The position numbers and the translations under genes are program-made. 26,920 nt of DNA from Salpingoeca rosetta (taxonomy: Eukaryota; Protista; Choanoflagellata), in the NCBI GenBank assembly GCA_033442325.1, contig JAWQFM010000004.1:1424999-1451918 (forward strand). The letters are read 5' to 3'. This document shows positions 1 through 17,592 of the stretch, one piece after another (the stretch's first letter is position 1; every line of letters begins with the position of its first letter). The notes beneath the pieces were generated by a model that saw only the letters and a list, made by a program, of their open reading frames with translations, ran no database searches and had not been told where the DNA came from.

Positions 1-137
1 ACAGTCGCCCATCGTGGAGCTGGCACAGATCCGACGCGCGTCCCTCGCCGTTCTCCCAGAGCTCGATCAACACATGGGCAACAAGCCCAGATGGCGACCC
101 GAGGACGCCACGGATGAGATTATCCGCCAGGTGTGTG

Positions 138-191
<54 letters not shown>

Positions 192-476
192 CTGTGTGTG
201 TGGCTGTGTGTGTGGCTGTGTGTGTTTGTTTGTTTTGTTTGTTTGTGTTTTGCTTGTGCTCGTTGCATGGTCTCCTCAGACAGCCAATCGCTCATCGGCG
301 CAACAACACATTCTGTAACAGGAGGCCAAGGACACCTCAAACGTGCGCGTGTTCCAGTACTTGAACTTGCCAGCAGAGCTTATCGACGAAAACACGATCG
401 TGGAAGCCAGTCGACAACGGTGAGTTAACCCAGCCGATTGTCCCGCGTTTTACTTTCACACACACACACACACACA

Positions 477-514
<38 letters not shown>

Positions 515-1024
515 GCGTGCATTGTGTGTACTTGTAGACGAGCTTGTGTTCTGACAAACCCTGGTTGCGATGCTGCTGTGCGTGCCCTGTGTGTTGTTGT
601 GCATGACGTCTCGCATGTAGGTTTGAGAGCGCGGCCGCAAGCCGCAAGGTGGCGAGACCGACAACCCAGGCCAGTCGCTCGCCGCCAAACCCACAAGCAA
701 CTGCCAGCCTGAAGGAGGCACGCAATCGCCGCCTAGGCTATGGTGCATGGTACCGAAAAGCAAACAACGTACGTGTTTACATTGTGCATGTGTGTTTGCG
801 CATCGCATGTTGTGTGTGTGTGTGTTGTTGTTGTTTACGTTGTTGTAGCGTGTGAGTGTGTGTGCGTGTTGTGTCGTGTATGCCCTCCGTGAAGTGGAAC
901 ACGCTTCCTACACACACAGGCATTGTTTTGCTAGGCTCTTCTGTACTGTTCTCATCCACAATGCGTTGCTGTGGCTGCTTAGTGGGGCAAAGAGCCGCGC
1001 AACGAGGACGAGCTGTTCTCCACA
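1..1024 (+). CDS. Partial multi-exon gene, hypothetical protein (5' end outside window, 3' end unresolved)
   Basis: GT-AG bounded, phase-compatible exons at about <1-130 (..PELDQHMGNKPRWRPEDATDEIIRQ), 322-419 (EAKDTSNVRVFQYLNLPAELIDENTIVEASRQR), 621-768 (..LKEARNRRLGYGAWYRKANN) and 983-1024 (WGKEPRNEDELFST). Further exons up to ~2000 are possible. No family recognised with confidence. Confidence 0.55.
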
Positions 1025-1657
1025 AAGTGCGTGCAGCCGAATGCCCATGCCACTGCTACGAATGCAACTAGTCTCCTGCTCCAACTGCTTTGTTGCGGGC
1101 TGCGCTCCAATGGAAGTGAATTGGTTCTGATATCGCCCTTGTATTCTGCTCATCATGACGTAGGGCGTCACCGCTGAGCGATAAGTTGCGGTCATGCACC
1201 AGCGCCGCCCGCTTTGCTGCGTTTGCTCAAGTCCAAGACGGGCGAAAGCCATCGGTGCGAGACGAGACCTGCTGAGCTGCTGCTTTTCTTGTTGATGTTG
1301 CTGTGTGTGTGTGTGAAGTTGTCTTACCTCGTGTGTGCGTGTGTGTGTGTGCGTGTGTGCGTGTGTGTGTGTCAAGTTGTATTTATCTGTGTGTGTGTGT
1401 GCGCGTGACATTATATGCAACTTTGTGTGTGCCCGTCTCGAATATCCTGGCGCTCCCACCCATCGTCTCCACTCACACGAGCGTGCTTCCCCCACCCCCC
1501 CCCCTCGTCTCCAGTTCTTGCAAAGTGTCTTGGAAGATTCGCCGCAACCCCGGACGAAGCAGTAGTGACATATCAGCATGCAGCCACGCAATGATTGCAG
1601 AACGGGAACTCTCTCTATCTCTCACGGTTCTTCTCACTCGCTATGAAAGAGTAGCTG

Positions 1658-1691
<34 letters not shown>

Positions 1692-2272
1692 GCACACACA
1701 CACGATTGCTTCGGCCCGCCTTCGATTTCTCTCCCTCCCCTCTGTCTTTCCTCTGTCTTTCCCTCACTCTTCAGGAAATGAAGAGACTTTGCCACCTGAG
1801 CCTGCTGCTCAGCCGCTTTCGTACTTGTGTTGTACAATGTTGTACGATTCCTTCCTTCTCAGCTTCTCCTCGATTTACTCGCACTGCCCTTGCCACACGC
1901 CCCTTCTCGCTGACTTTTGTTTTTTCCATCTCTCCAGCTTTCAAGATTGTTTTGGAGCAAGGGGGCTGCGTTTCAAGCAAGCCATTCCCTCTCTCGCCCC
2001 TCTCCTCTTTGTTCTTCCCACTGAGTGCTTTGCGCGGGAGCTGCCTTGTACTGGCAGCCCTGCAGCACTGCAGCAAGACCACATCGCGTCTTCTTGTCAC
2101 TGCCTTCTTGTCCTCTGCGCTGGTTCCGCGATGGCGTGGAGCACGACCGAATTTTGTTAACCCCACCCATAATAAACATATTCTCTGTAAAGTGAACTGT
2201 GTCCGAAGAACCAAAACAACAAACAAACAACCCACAGGCAGCAAGCACAGCGCCGCAGCAGAACTGGCCACG

Positions 2273-3630
2273 ATGAGCTTTATGCACCAAGAGGTCAGCA
2301 GACTTGCTTGCCGCCGTCCTTGATGTTGCTTGTCGGTGAGGAGGAGGAGGGGAAGGAGGTGGCTCTGCAAGTGGTGGTGACGGCAGTGGAGCCAGGCTGC
2401 TGCTGCTGCTGCTTGGGACGCCTGCGATCGTGCTTTGAGTGGTTGATCATAGCTTGCACGCACCTGATGTGTCGTGTCGGTGGATCGCAAGGCAGTTTTG
2501 TTTTGGTTTGGCTGTGTGTGTTTGTGTGTGTGTGCGCGTGTGCGTGTGTGCGTGTGTGCTTACATCACCTCACTTGCTGTCCTTTGGTGGACACACCAGG
2601 TCAAGTACCGTGGGTACGAGCCCGTGCTCAACTGGTTCCCAACAGATGAGCAGCCACGTCCCAGCAGTACCGAGGTACGTGTGTGTGCGTGTGTGTGCGT
2701 GTTTGCTGGTCATTGTTCCTGTCTTCACTCACTGTGCGTCAAACATATGCAAACGTTGTGGTTGTAAATAAACTTGATGGATGCACTCTGACGAATGCCA
2801 CGGCAATGGTCACAGGCAAATGCATGCGTGAAACGGCTGCTCACCAAGCCCAAGCGCAGCTGTTTGGCCGTGCTTTCCTGCACACCAGATGGTAAGCAAG
2901 CAAGCAAGGTCATTCCTTGCTGCTTGCAGAGTTGCGTGTTCATGTGATCGTGTGTTCGCGTGTGTTTGTGTGTTCGCGTTAGTGTGTGCGCCTGTGGACC
3001 TCGTCTGCGCGTGAACTGATGCCATCGTCAGCCAATGTTGCTCACAACTCCCTGTCCCCCCTCCCTTGTTTTACTGTTATGCAGGGCTCACTTGCATCGA
3101 CACAAATTTCAACCCGCCCAAGACACTCATGAAGTGCGTTCGCCTGCGTCAAGGCAGTGTGTGTGTATGTGTGTGAGGCGTGAGAGATGGTTGAGTGTGC
3201 AGACTTACGTGTGCTGCATGTTTCGTGCGCCAACGCGCTCTCGTCCATGCTCACCAGACAATCATCTGTGCGTTCGCGTGTGCAGCCATTCCGTTTTTGA
3301 GATTGCGCACTGCACAGTGGATGCGACAAAGCCAAGGCTGTTCACGTGCATTGTGGGCAGCAAGGGCTCCACCACCGACTTTTTCTGCCACGTGTTCAAG
3401 TGCAACTCCAAGGAGCAGGCCAAGCGCATCGTGCGCGCGGTGGCGGCAGTGTGCACTGCTGCGTATCAGCAGCACAAGAAGAAGAACTTGTCGCCCTCAC
3501 CTTCCACCAACCGCCAGCCCTCCCTTCGCCAACAGCAGCAGCCGCTCCCACCCACGCCTTCATCGTGCGTTTGTGTGTGCGTGTGTGTGCGTTTGTGTGT
3601 GTGCGTGTGTGTGCGTGTGTGTGCGTGTGC

Positions 3631-3693
<63 letters not shown>

Positions 3694-4257
3694 CGTGGCC
3701 CCATGGCAATGCCACAATCTCAATTGTGCTTCCCTCTGTTGCTTTTTTCACAGGCCGATGGAGGAACGTGTGCAAGCCCACATGCGCAAGGTATCGTTTC
3801 TCTCGCACGCAGGACACACACACACACACTACTCGCCTTCGTGCTCATTGCATCTTTTGAGCAATGTCAGGAACACAGCTGTTACCCGCTCACGCTCACA
3901 TGCACGCACACACTGAGTGACTGCGTGACTGACTCATTGAGTGCCTGGCTACCAAACTGAAGCCCACGCCCTCACACACACACACACACACAACGGCATA
4001 ACCGCACACACACACACACACACACACACTCTCTCTCTCTGGCTGCGGTGTCTGCGTTTGCTGGGGAGCAGTCGATGCGCCGGCGGTCTGCGCCGCGAAA
4101 CGGGCAGCCAAACCCGCGGCTGACGGTGAGAACTGCGATGTGATCGTGTGCATGGTGGTGGTAACGTGAGTGGCATGCATACTCGTCAGCGCCACCAACG
4201 CTGGCCCGATGAAACGCAGCCCCCCCCCCCTGTCTCTCATTCTGAACACACTTACTC

Positions 4258-4333
<76 letters not shown>

Positions 4334-5711
4334 ACAGGACTCGTGGTTTCGGCCGAGCATGACGCGGGGCGAGGTCAACACCATCCTCCGCGCCGGTCAC
4401 ATTGGCGACTTCATCATCCGCGAATCACAGAGCAGGTGCGCCGCGTGCGACAGCTATTGGACCCGGGGGTGTGTACATGCGTGCAAGCACGCGCATCGTA
4501 GAGTGGAGATACACTAGCTGACTTGAAGTTGCCCATGATATGTGTGCTGTGTGTGTGTGTGTGTTTCAGGCCCGGCGACTACGCCATCAGCGTGCAAACG
4601 GGACAGCAGATCTGGACCGGTCTCGTCGTCAGAACACCAGGAGGTCCGTATATCGATGATGGTGATGGTGGTGAGGGGTGGGGAGAAGCTGATGGGCATG
4701 TGAATGCATGCACAGCTGCACGTTCGTTCATGGCTCTGTCAAACACCTGCTATGATATGGTGTGTGCATGCGCTTGGGCACCAGGATTTCAACTTGGCGA
4801 GCGGGGCGGCGTCACGTTTGACGACTTGGCAGAGCTCGTTGCGTACGTCAGCACATCAGCACGACATGCTGCCGATGCATGCGCTTCTTTCCTGGAACTG
4901 CTCTGTATTGCATTGGGTATTTTGGTTTGGTTTGGTTTGTTGCTCCTCACCGTCGTGGCTGCGCGGCTGCTGCATCACAGGTTTTACTCCCAGAACCGCT
5001 TCATGAACGATTCCAACGGCTATCCGCTCACACTCCGCCTCCCAGACGACACCGAGGTAGCACTCGCACACGCGCACTTGGGGTGTCATGATGTCTCCAT
5101 CTGTGTTTGTTTTGCGTCTGCGCACATGCTCACCACCACCACCACCAACCTTGTTTGCACGGATCTTTGTCGTGCAGTATGTGACGGATGCACAGCCGAT
5201 GCGCGGCAGCGTTCGCCGCCCAGACTGGAGGCAGCCCAGCTTCAGGGTACGCACACACACATGCACGCACTTGTACGCAAACACATATGCACACGCATGC
5301 GCACATATGCACGTACGTATACAAACACATATGCACACATGCGCACATGTGTTGGTCGTGTGCTCGCCAATGTTGTGTCCTTACGTCTCACCCGCGTTGT
5401 ACCCTCTCCACCCGCCCCTTTGCGTCTTGTGCGCACATGTGCAGCGCGCGCCGCCGCCGTTTGCTGACCTCGAGGACCACGACTTCCACGAGGAAGACGA
5501 GGAGGGCGACGAGGAGGAGGAGGAAGACGTGCGTTGGCCACATGCCGTGTCTCTGTATAATTGGTATCATGCATTGCTGTGCAACACGAGGGCAACGCGC
5601 TTCGTTGGCCGTACCCTGCACTGCCACCACGGCTGCTACTGTACACGGTTCATCAATGGTTACCCTTTCTACTTGGCTCTTCACGATGCAGACTTGCCCT
5701 AATGACCGCCA

Positions 5712-5802
<91 letters not shown>

Positions 5803-6841
5803 CAGTTTGACGATGTTGACGAGCATACGGCGGGCCCCTCGTTCAAGGACATTATGGATGGCATGGTTGGTATGCCCGACGAAGAAGGTGAGCAGCAGTC
5901 ATGGCGACAGTAGTAATGTTAACCGCAGCAGCAGCAGCAGCAGCAGTCAACAGCCACAAGTGCAGTCATTGCACCTTTCGCTGCAGTCGCAGCATTTGTC
6001 CTACCCACGCCTTCCCCTCCCCAAACGTTTGTCTTTCTTAATTGCGCAAGTATTGACGAGTAGGATTCCCATTTCCAATTGTTTTCGCAGGTGAAGGCGA
6101 CAGTTCAGAGAGCGAGCAGGACGCGTTCAAGCCGTAAGTCATACACACACCCACACACATGAAGGCACGGCACTGTGGGTGGCATTGTGCAATTCATGGG
6201 CCGTCGTCCTCACAAATTTCTCCTCTGTGTGTGTGTGTGTTGCGCGCGCAGGGCTGTGCGGCGGGTTGAGCTGCATGAGATGAGCGAGCAGGAGGCGTTT
6301 GAGATGTTTATGAACCAGGGCACCATCGACCTCGACGAGCACGGCGAGTTTGTGCATCTGGACGACATGCGGGCGGCGCTGGCCGAGGCGGACGATGGCG
6401 CGGAGGAAGAGGCGGGTGCTGGGCAGGGGTTTGATGATGACTTTGTGCCGGGTGGTGATGACGATGCAACAGCAGCGGCGCAGGAGGACGAGGAGATGAA
6501 CGGCGGTGATGGTGGTGGCGACGGTAGACACGCTGACGACGACGCGTTTGCGGTTGCAGACAAGAACAACAACAGCAACAACAGCACGGACGCAGTGAAC
6601 GGGTTTGGAGACGAGGAGGAGGCGGAGGAGCAGGGGGCGGAGGCGCAGATCCAGCACCTGGCACAAGCCATCTTTGAGGTCAGGCCACTGCCCCTACCTA
6701 TTTGTCCTGCTGTGTGCCGCTCTCTTGCACAATGCGTTTCTTTTTTTCTTTTCCCGGGGGGGGGGGTTGGGGTTTGGGTGTGGTCGTGTTTTCCATTCTC
6801 TCTCCTTCCTTCGCTTGGGTTGTGTTTTTGTCTCAACACGC

Positions 6842-6882
<41 letters not shown>

Positions 6883-7374
6883 CACGCACATGTCGCTCCC
6901 TCTCACTGACATGCACGATTTGCGTCGCCGTTTTGTGTTTGTGGCCTGCGCCATTTTCTCGTGCTGGCAGATGGTTGAGCAGGACGATGAGGGCTGCCTC
7001 TCCGGCCAAGGCGTCAGGCCCGTTCTGCTCCGATCAGGTGCGCCGCCACCACGGATGGTGATGCTGATGGTGATTGCGCCTAGTCGTTCTAGGAGAATGT
7101 TTTCGCGCGCACACACACACACACACACACATACACAACTACAAATACACATTCCCACTCTATGGCCATGCCCACCACGCCCCCATTTCTCACACTATTG
7201 TGTGCGTGCCTGTGCAGGACTGGACATCAACACCCTTGGGTCCATCTGGATGGAGGTCGACAACGAGCGGCGCGGAAAGATCGACTTTGATCAGCTCTGC
7301 CTCATCCTTGGCATGATCTCGCAGGCCCAGCAAGGTCCCCTGCACCCCTGCTCTTTGTGTTGTGTTGTGTTGTG

Positions 7375-7447
<73 letters not shown>

Positions 7448-7648
7448 GGGCGCCTGGCTCTTGTGCATGGACATCCAAGCCAAACCGGCCTTACCATCTG
7501 CGCCCGTGATCGTATCACCAACCTCTTTCCCCTTCATGGCACACTTCTCTCTCCGCCTCTCCGCCTACTTACTGCAGGTCTTGAGCCCGATTTGGCGACG
7601 TTGGATATGGCAATCGACGCGCCCACAATCGAGGACGTTGAGATCTAA
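2273..7648 (+). CDS. Multi-exon adaptor protein with PTB domain, SH2 domain, acidic linker and C-terminal EH domain
   Basis: ATG at 2273 (MSFMHQE). PTB exons ~2600-3480 (VKYRGYEPV..; [54 protein letters not shown]). SH2 exons ~4338-5056 ([60 protein letters not shown]). Acidic exons ~5445-6678. EH exons ~6971-7648 ([49 protein letters not shown]). Stop TAA at 7646-7648. Confidence 0.85.
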
Positions 7649-8460
7649 TCCCGCAAGCCCCAGACATACATCCATCCAGACATCCAGACATCCAGACATC
7701 CATCCGTCGGTCCCACCAGGCACCTTCTGTGCTTTGTCTCCCCCTATTCCCATCGCTTGTACCTGATGTTGGCTGTCGTCTTGCACCAGCATCAGCCCCC
7801 GCCCAACCAGCCAACCCAAGCCCCCATCTCTGCTACTCCACAGTTCGCCCCTCCCCCTCCCCAGCACTCACCGCGTCGCGTCTGTGCTGGGTGATGCCTG
7901 GCCGCTCACATGTGCTGCTGCCATTTGTGGTTACACACTCCATTGCACGCGCATCGTGAGCACGTGCGCACGCTTCCTGTTTCCTTTCTCGCGTTGAGTC
8001 TCTCATCCCCCTCTTTCTACCTCAACACGTTCCTAGGCTTTGCTCTGTTGTTGTGTGTTGTTGGTTTGTTGTCGTTGTTGTACGTCTTTTTGGTTGATTA
8101 TGTGTTTGTTGTGCGGGTCCACCTCAAACACTCCACGCGCACACACACACACACGCACACCCCGCACTCTTCCTATCAAGCGCCAATCCCCCGTATGCCA
8201 CCTTGCGTTGAACAGCGCGCGTGTGGTGCGTCGCATGTCTTCCTTTGTTGTTGTCACAGCTCAATATCAAACTTTGGTTCATTACAGTCACAACGAACGA
8301 GTTTCGAACGAGCATGAACTCATCATCATCATCATCATCATCAGCATCATCATCATCACTGCTGTCAGCATCGCAACCAATCAGTCAATCATTCAAACCA
8401 TAGCTTTAGACAGAACAAGAAATCACCACCACCACCACCACCACCACTACACGCGTGGCG

Positions 8461-8563
8461 TCACTGCACCGTGTGCTTCTCCTTGATCACCACACCGCCA
8501 ACAACCTTGTGCACATAACACACGTCCTTGCCTTCATCGTTGGGCAAATCAGGCACAAGCTCC

Positions 8564-8633
<70 letters not shown>

Positions 8634-9366
8634 TGTATGGTGTGTGTGTGTGTGTGTGCGACTTATGATGAGCGGTCAAGCGAAAAGGAGAAGGAGAGAG
8701 CAACAGCCCTCCTTGAAAGCCCAACACACCAACCACCAGTAGCAGGCCAGGGTGCTGACCTGCTGCTTGCTCGTCTCCGGGCGCCTGACAGATCCGCGAC
8801 GGGACCGTATCTCGCGGATGCTGTCGCCGCCGTCCTCATATCGTGCATTGGCGGCAACGCTGATGGAAAGATGACACGAGGGATGGAAAGATGACACGAG
8901 GGATGGAAAGATGACACGAGGGATGGAAAGATGACACGAGGGATGGAGACAGACAGAGGTCACATGAGCTCCAGTGGTGAAGACTTGGTGGTGGCAGCAC
9001 GCAGATGGATCTGCCATCGAGCACATTAACAGGAACAGGGTGGCGGGGATTCAAAAAAAAAAAAACGTACTTTGCGCACATGGTGATCCAGCGCTCAGCC
9101 TCCTCGACAGAATCGCAATACATGAAATAGGTGCGCCCAGACCGCGTCACGAGTGCAAACCCTTTGCCATGTACAGGAAGGGGGTGGCGGTGGCGCAGTT
9201 TAAGGAGAGGAGGGGAGAGGGTGAGTTGAGAAACAGAGCACGCTTGTGTTGTGTTGTGTTCGTGCATGCGTTGTGTGTGTGTGTGTGTGCGTGTGTTGTG
9301 TGTGTTGTGTTGTGTTGTGTTGTGTTGTGTTGTATTGTGTTGTGTTGTGTTGTGTGCGTGCATGCG

Positions 9367-9408
<42 letters not shown>

Positions 9409-10776
9409 CAGAACCGTCGGCGACGTCCTCAGGCCATTTGCACATTTGTTTGGCGGTTGCCTGCACCCGTGAGGTCAGTTGATGATATCATTGGAAGGGG
9501 GACGTGATGGAACGTGAGTGCCAGGGCGGGCAAGTGCTTGTACACGCAGACACACTAGCACTTCCACAGACAGACAGACAGACAGACAGACACACGCTCA
9601 CATACACAAACAAGCACACACACACACACACGTGCACACAAACATACACAAGCACACACACGCACACAGACAGACAGGGACAAGCACACGTACACACACA
9701 TACACACAAGCATACACACATGCATGCACACAGATCATTCAAGCCGACCTGAGCGTGTGTGAGGATGTCGAGGCAGTCGCTGGCGATGTTGACTTCGCCT
9801 TGCGGTTTGTCGTCCTTGCGCGGCTCCTTCTTGTAGTACACCAACATGCCTGTCGCACACATAGAGTTGTGATGGAGGGGGGCAACGTTGTCAATACGCC
9901 AACAAGCATGCGCACAAAGAAACGGTTGCAGACACACAGCCGTACCCACTCAGCTGCAGGCAGACGAACTCACCATTGCTGTACAGCTCCAACCAGCGCA
10001 TCTTCCAGTTCTTCACAACCTGTCATCCGTTGAGACAGTGATAACGAAGTGAGCATGAATCACAAACAGGATGCTGGCCACTTTGAGAGAAAGGGGGGGG
10101 GGGTTGTTTGGTGGTTAACAAGTTGGGCTGAACAAGAAGAGCAAGAAGAAGCAGAAGAAGAGCAAGAAGAAGCAGAAGAAGAGCAAGAACAAGCAGAAGA
10201 AGAGCAAGAAGAAGCAGAAGAAGAGCAAGAACAAGCAGAAGAAGAGCAAGAACAAGCAGAAGAAGAGCAAGAACAACAACAACAACTTCAACAACAACAA
10301 CTTCAACAACAACAACTTAAACAACAACAACAACAACAACTGAAACAACAACACGTGACTCACTTGACCCATTTTCGTGACATATCCGGAGCGGACAACC
10401 TCTGGGGCGGCCTCCTTGGCCTTTCCAGCAAACTTGAGCTTGCTTCCAACCCTGTGGCCACCAAGAGAGAGAGTGTGTGTATGGTGAAACGGTGTCAGTT
10501 TGACCAGAAGAAGAACCAAACAGGACATGCATCAAAGAGCAAGGAAGGCACTCGTTGCTGCCACGCCCACAACACAGCAAGTCAGTAGCACGACAGCACT
10601 CGTACGCAACGCAACGCACAACAAGCTGCACATCATCAAGTACAACTACAACACCGGCACACACTCTCCCACGCACCCATCCACCCATCATGAGTGGCTT
10701 GTTCGGTTGCGGTGCACAGAGCAAGGTGCACACAGAGAGCACACACAACACACACAACCACACACCGACTGGTCAT
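8461..10776 (-). CDS. PH-domain protein (8 exons)
   Basis: Phase-consistent exons 10776-10766, ~10451-10364, 10019-9974, 9849-9749, 9460-9409, 9161-9071, 8859-8760 and 8565-8461. They give MTSRVGSKLKF..VVRSGYVTKMGQVVKNWKMRWLELYSNGMLVYYKKEP..PQGEVNI..FALVTRSGRTYFMYCDSVEEAERWITMC, a canonical PH pattern. The first exon is inferred from phase match. Confidence 0.85.
8862..8948. repeat. 20-bp tandem minisatellite (~4 copies) in a PH-gene intron
   Basis: (GATGGAAAGATGACACGAGG)n directly beside the splice acceptor at 8860. Confidence 0.9.
10129..10352. repeat. Compound intronic repeat: 21-bp GAAGAAGAGCAAGAAsAAGCA units, then (CAA)n
   Basis: Visible periodicity; lies inside the PH-gene intron 10020-10363. 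Confidence 0.85.
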
Positions 10777-11032
10777 GCTTGTGGTCGTCGTGCTCGCCGC
10801 CGCGCTCGATTGGAATCAATCGATGATGAGAAGGCGACAGCATGAAACGCAGTAAAAGGGAAATTTCAAATTCGCGCCGGCCGGCGGGAGGAGCAGAGGC
10901 ATCGCCCACACAACAACAACAATAGGCAAACAACGACCAAACAAACAAACACCCCACCTTCACCACCTTCATCGACGTGCAAGCAGGCATCGACATCACT
11001 TGGAGAGAAGCAGAGTGCGTCTACCTACCACG
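10777..11032. promoter_or_regulatory. Probable bidirectional promoter between divergent PH and MAPK15-like genes
   Basis: Only ~256 bp separate the two head-to-head start codons and the interval lacks long microsatellites. Inferred from gene geometry only. Confidence 0.5.
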
Positions 11033-15796
<4,764 letters not shown>

Positions 15797-15877
15797 GGTG
15801 TGCTGTGTGAAGAAGGGCGAAGCCAGGCGTTGTACGCAAAGGTCAACAAAGTGTGCACTGAAGCGCAGCATGAAGGC

Positions 15878-16709
15878 TCAAGGGTGGTACTTTGACACCA
15901 GCTCCGCCGCTTGCTTCGGCGTGAAAATGGTCTCGGCTTCACCGTCCGGCAGCTCAACATCTGAAGGGCACACAGAAGGCGCCAGTTGGTGAATTGTGGG
16001 GGTGGTATCAAGAGGTGCAAATGCGTTGGCGGTGCAAGGGCGTTGGCGGTGCAAATGACCTCTCTCGCAACAACTAATTGACGCAACAGCACATGGACAA
16101 CCAGCATCACCACGCGCAGGCACACCAAGGCGGAAACGTACTGAATTCGTCTTCAACGGCAACAACAAACTCCACGACATCCAACGAGTCAAGGCCAAGG
16201 TCATTGATCAAGTGCGAGTTTGCCTGGATCTGTGCAGTGACAAGAGCAGCAAGGCAGGCAAGAGGCAACAACGGGGCAGAGGAGGTGGGGTGAAAAGGTG
16301 GAAACGAAAAGCACCAAGCAGCAGCATGAGACGCAGGCAATGGCATGACAGCAAAAGACAATACATCAACAGTCACAAGCACGTCCGCGCACGCACCGCC
16401 TTGCCGTCAAGGCTCGAGTTGTATGAGAGAAGAGAAACGATGTGTTGCGTAAGTTGGTCGACTGTTGGGGGCGCAGCTCCGCCGCCATACGCCCTTGTGC
16501 TGGGTCTGTGCAGGCGTACGTGCATATGTGTGTGTGTGTGCGTGCATGTGTGTGTGTGGGGGGGGGGGGGGAGGGGGAGGGGAGCCACACGCGAACACGC
16601 GCAACAGATGCACCCCATGGTCGACATTGTTCCAACGAATGCACCCTCAACCTGCACACACACGCAAACACACGCACACACACACACACGCAAACACACA
16701 CACACACAC

Positions 16710-16770
<61 letters not shown>

Positions 16771-16871
16771 CACACATACACACGCACACATACACACGCA
16801 CGACACGAATACCTTGCCACGGCCAGTGCAGACCGCACCACCGCTCGTGTTGCCAATCGCAGAGCGCTCAT
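15878..16871 (-). CDS. NDUFAB1: Mitochondrial acyl carrier protein (NDUFAB1/ACP1-like)
   Basis: Four phase-consistent exons (16871-16813, 16505-16397, 16229-16142, 15960-15878). They encode an Arg/Ala-rich presequence (MSALRLATRAVVRSALAVARPSTRAY), then [32 protein letters not shown] with the phosphopantetheine Ser in the DSL motif. Confidence 0.92.
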
Positions 16872-16934
16872 GATGCTGCTGGTTTGGTTTCCTCTTTGCG
16901 TGAGAGCTGAAAATCGCTGAGTCAGCACAAACCA

Positions 16935-17113
<179 letters not shown>

Positions 17114-17540
17114 TTCTGCTGCACGTTTGTTTGATGACCAACAACAACAACAACAACAACAACAACAACTGGGGCTGGTGCTGTGCTTGTCGTGTATTTC
17201 GTCCGTCAACGGAATGATACACACAAGAGGTCACACGCAGGACGCACAGCGACAAGGGGCCTTTGCGCACCACATCAAACAAAGTAACAAGGTCAAGAGG
17301 CAACCAATCCTCACCACGCCCAACAGACGCAATGCAATGCGATACAATCTGAACACCACCACCACCAACCAACAACAATGACACGAGAAGGCAAACAATC
17401 GAGAATAGCGTAGAAGCACCAAACACAACACCCGCCACCACCACCATCTTGGGAGTGCAAATCACAACCAAACTAAAAGACAAACAAACTAAAAGACAAG
17501 AGACATCGTCATGCAATAATGGACACCAGGTGACAACAAA

Positions 17541-17579
<39 letters not shown>

Positions 17580-17592
17580 TGTGCAGGCGCCG

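Noticed and set aside
621-1024. YGAWY..W motif as a basis for naming the first gene
   Set aside because: It looks conserved, but I cannot assign a family reliably without a profile search.
8862-8948. Regular repeats as a possible CRISPR array
   Set aside because: Head-to-tail units with no spacers, eukaryotic context, no cas genes.
10049-10588. E/Q-rich coiled-coil-like ORF
   Set aside because: Antisense reading of a simple repeat inside a PH-gene intron.
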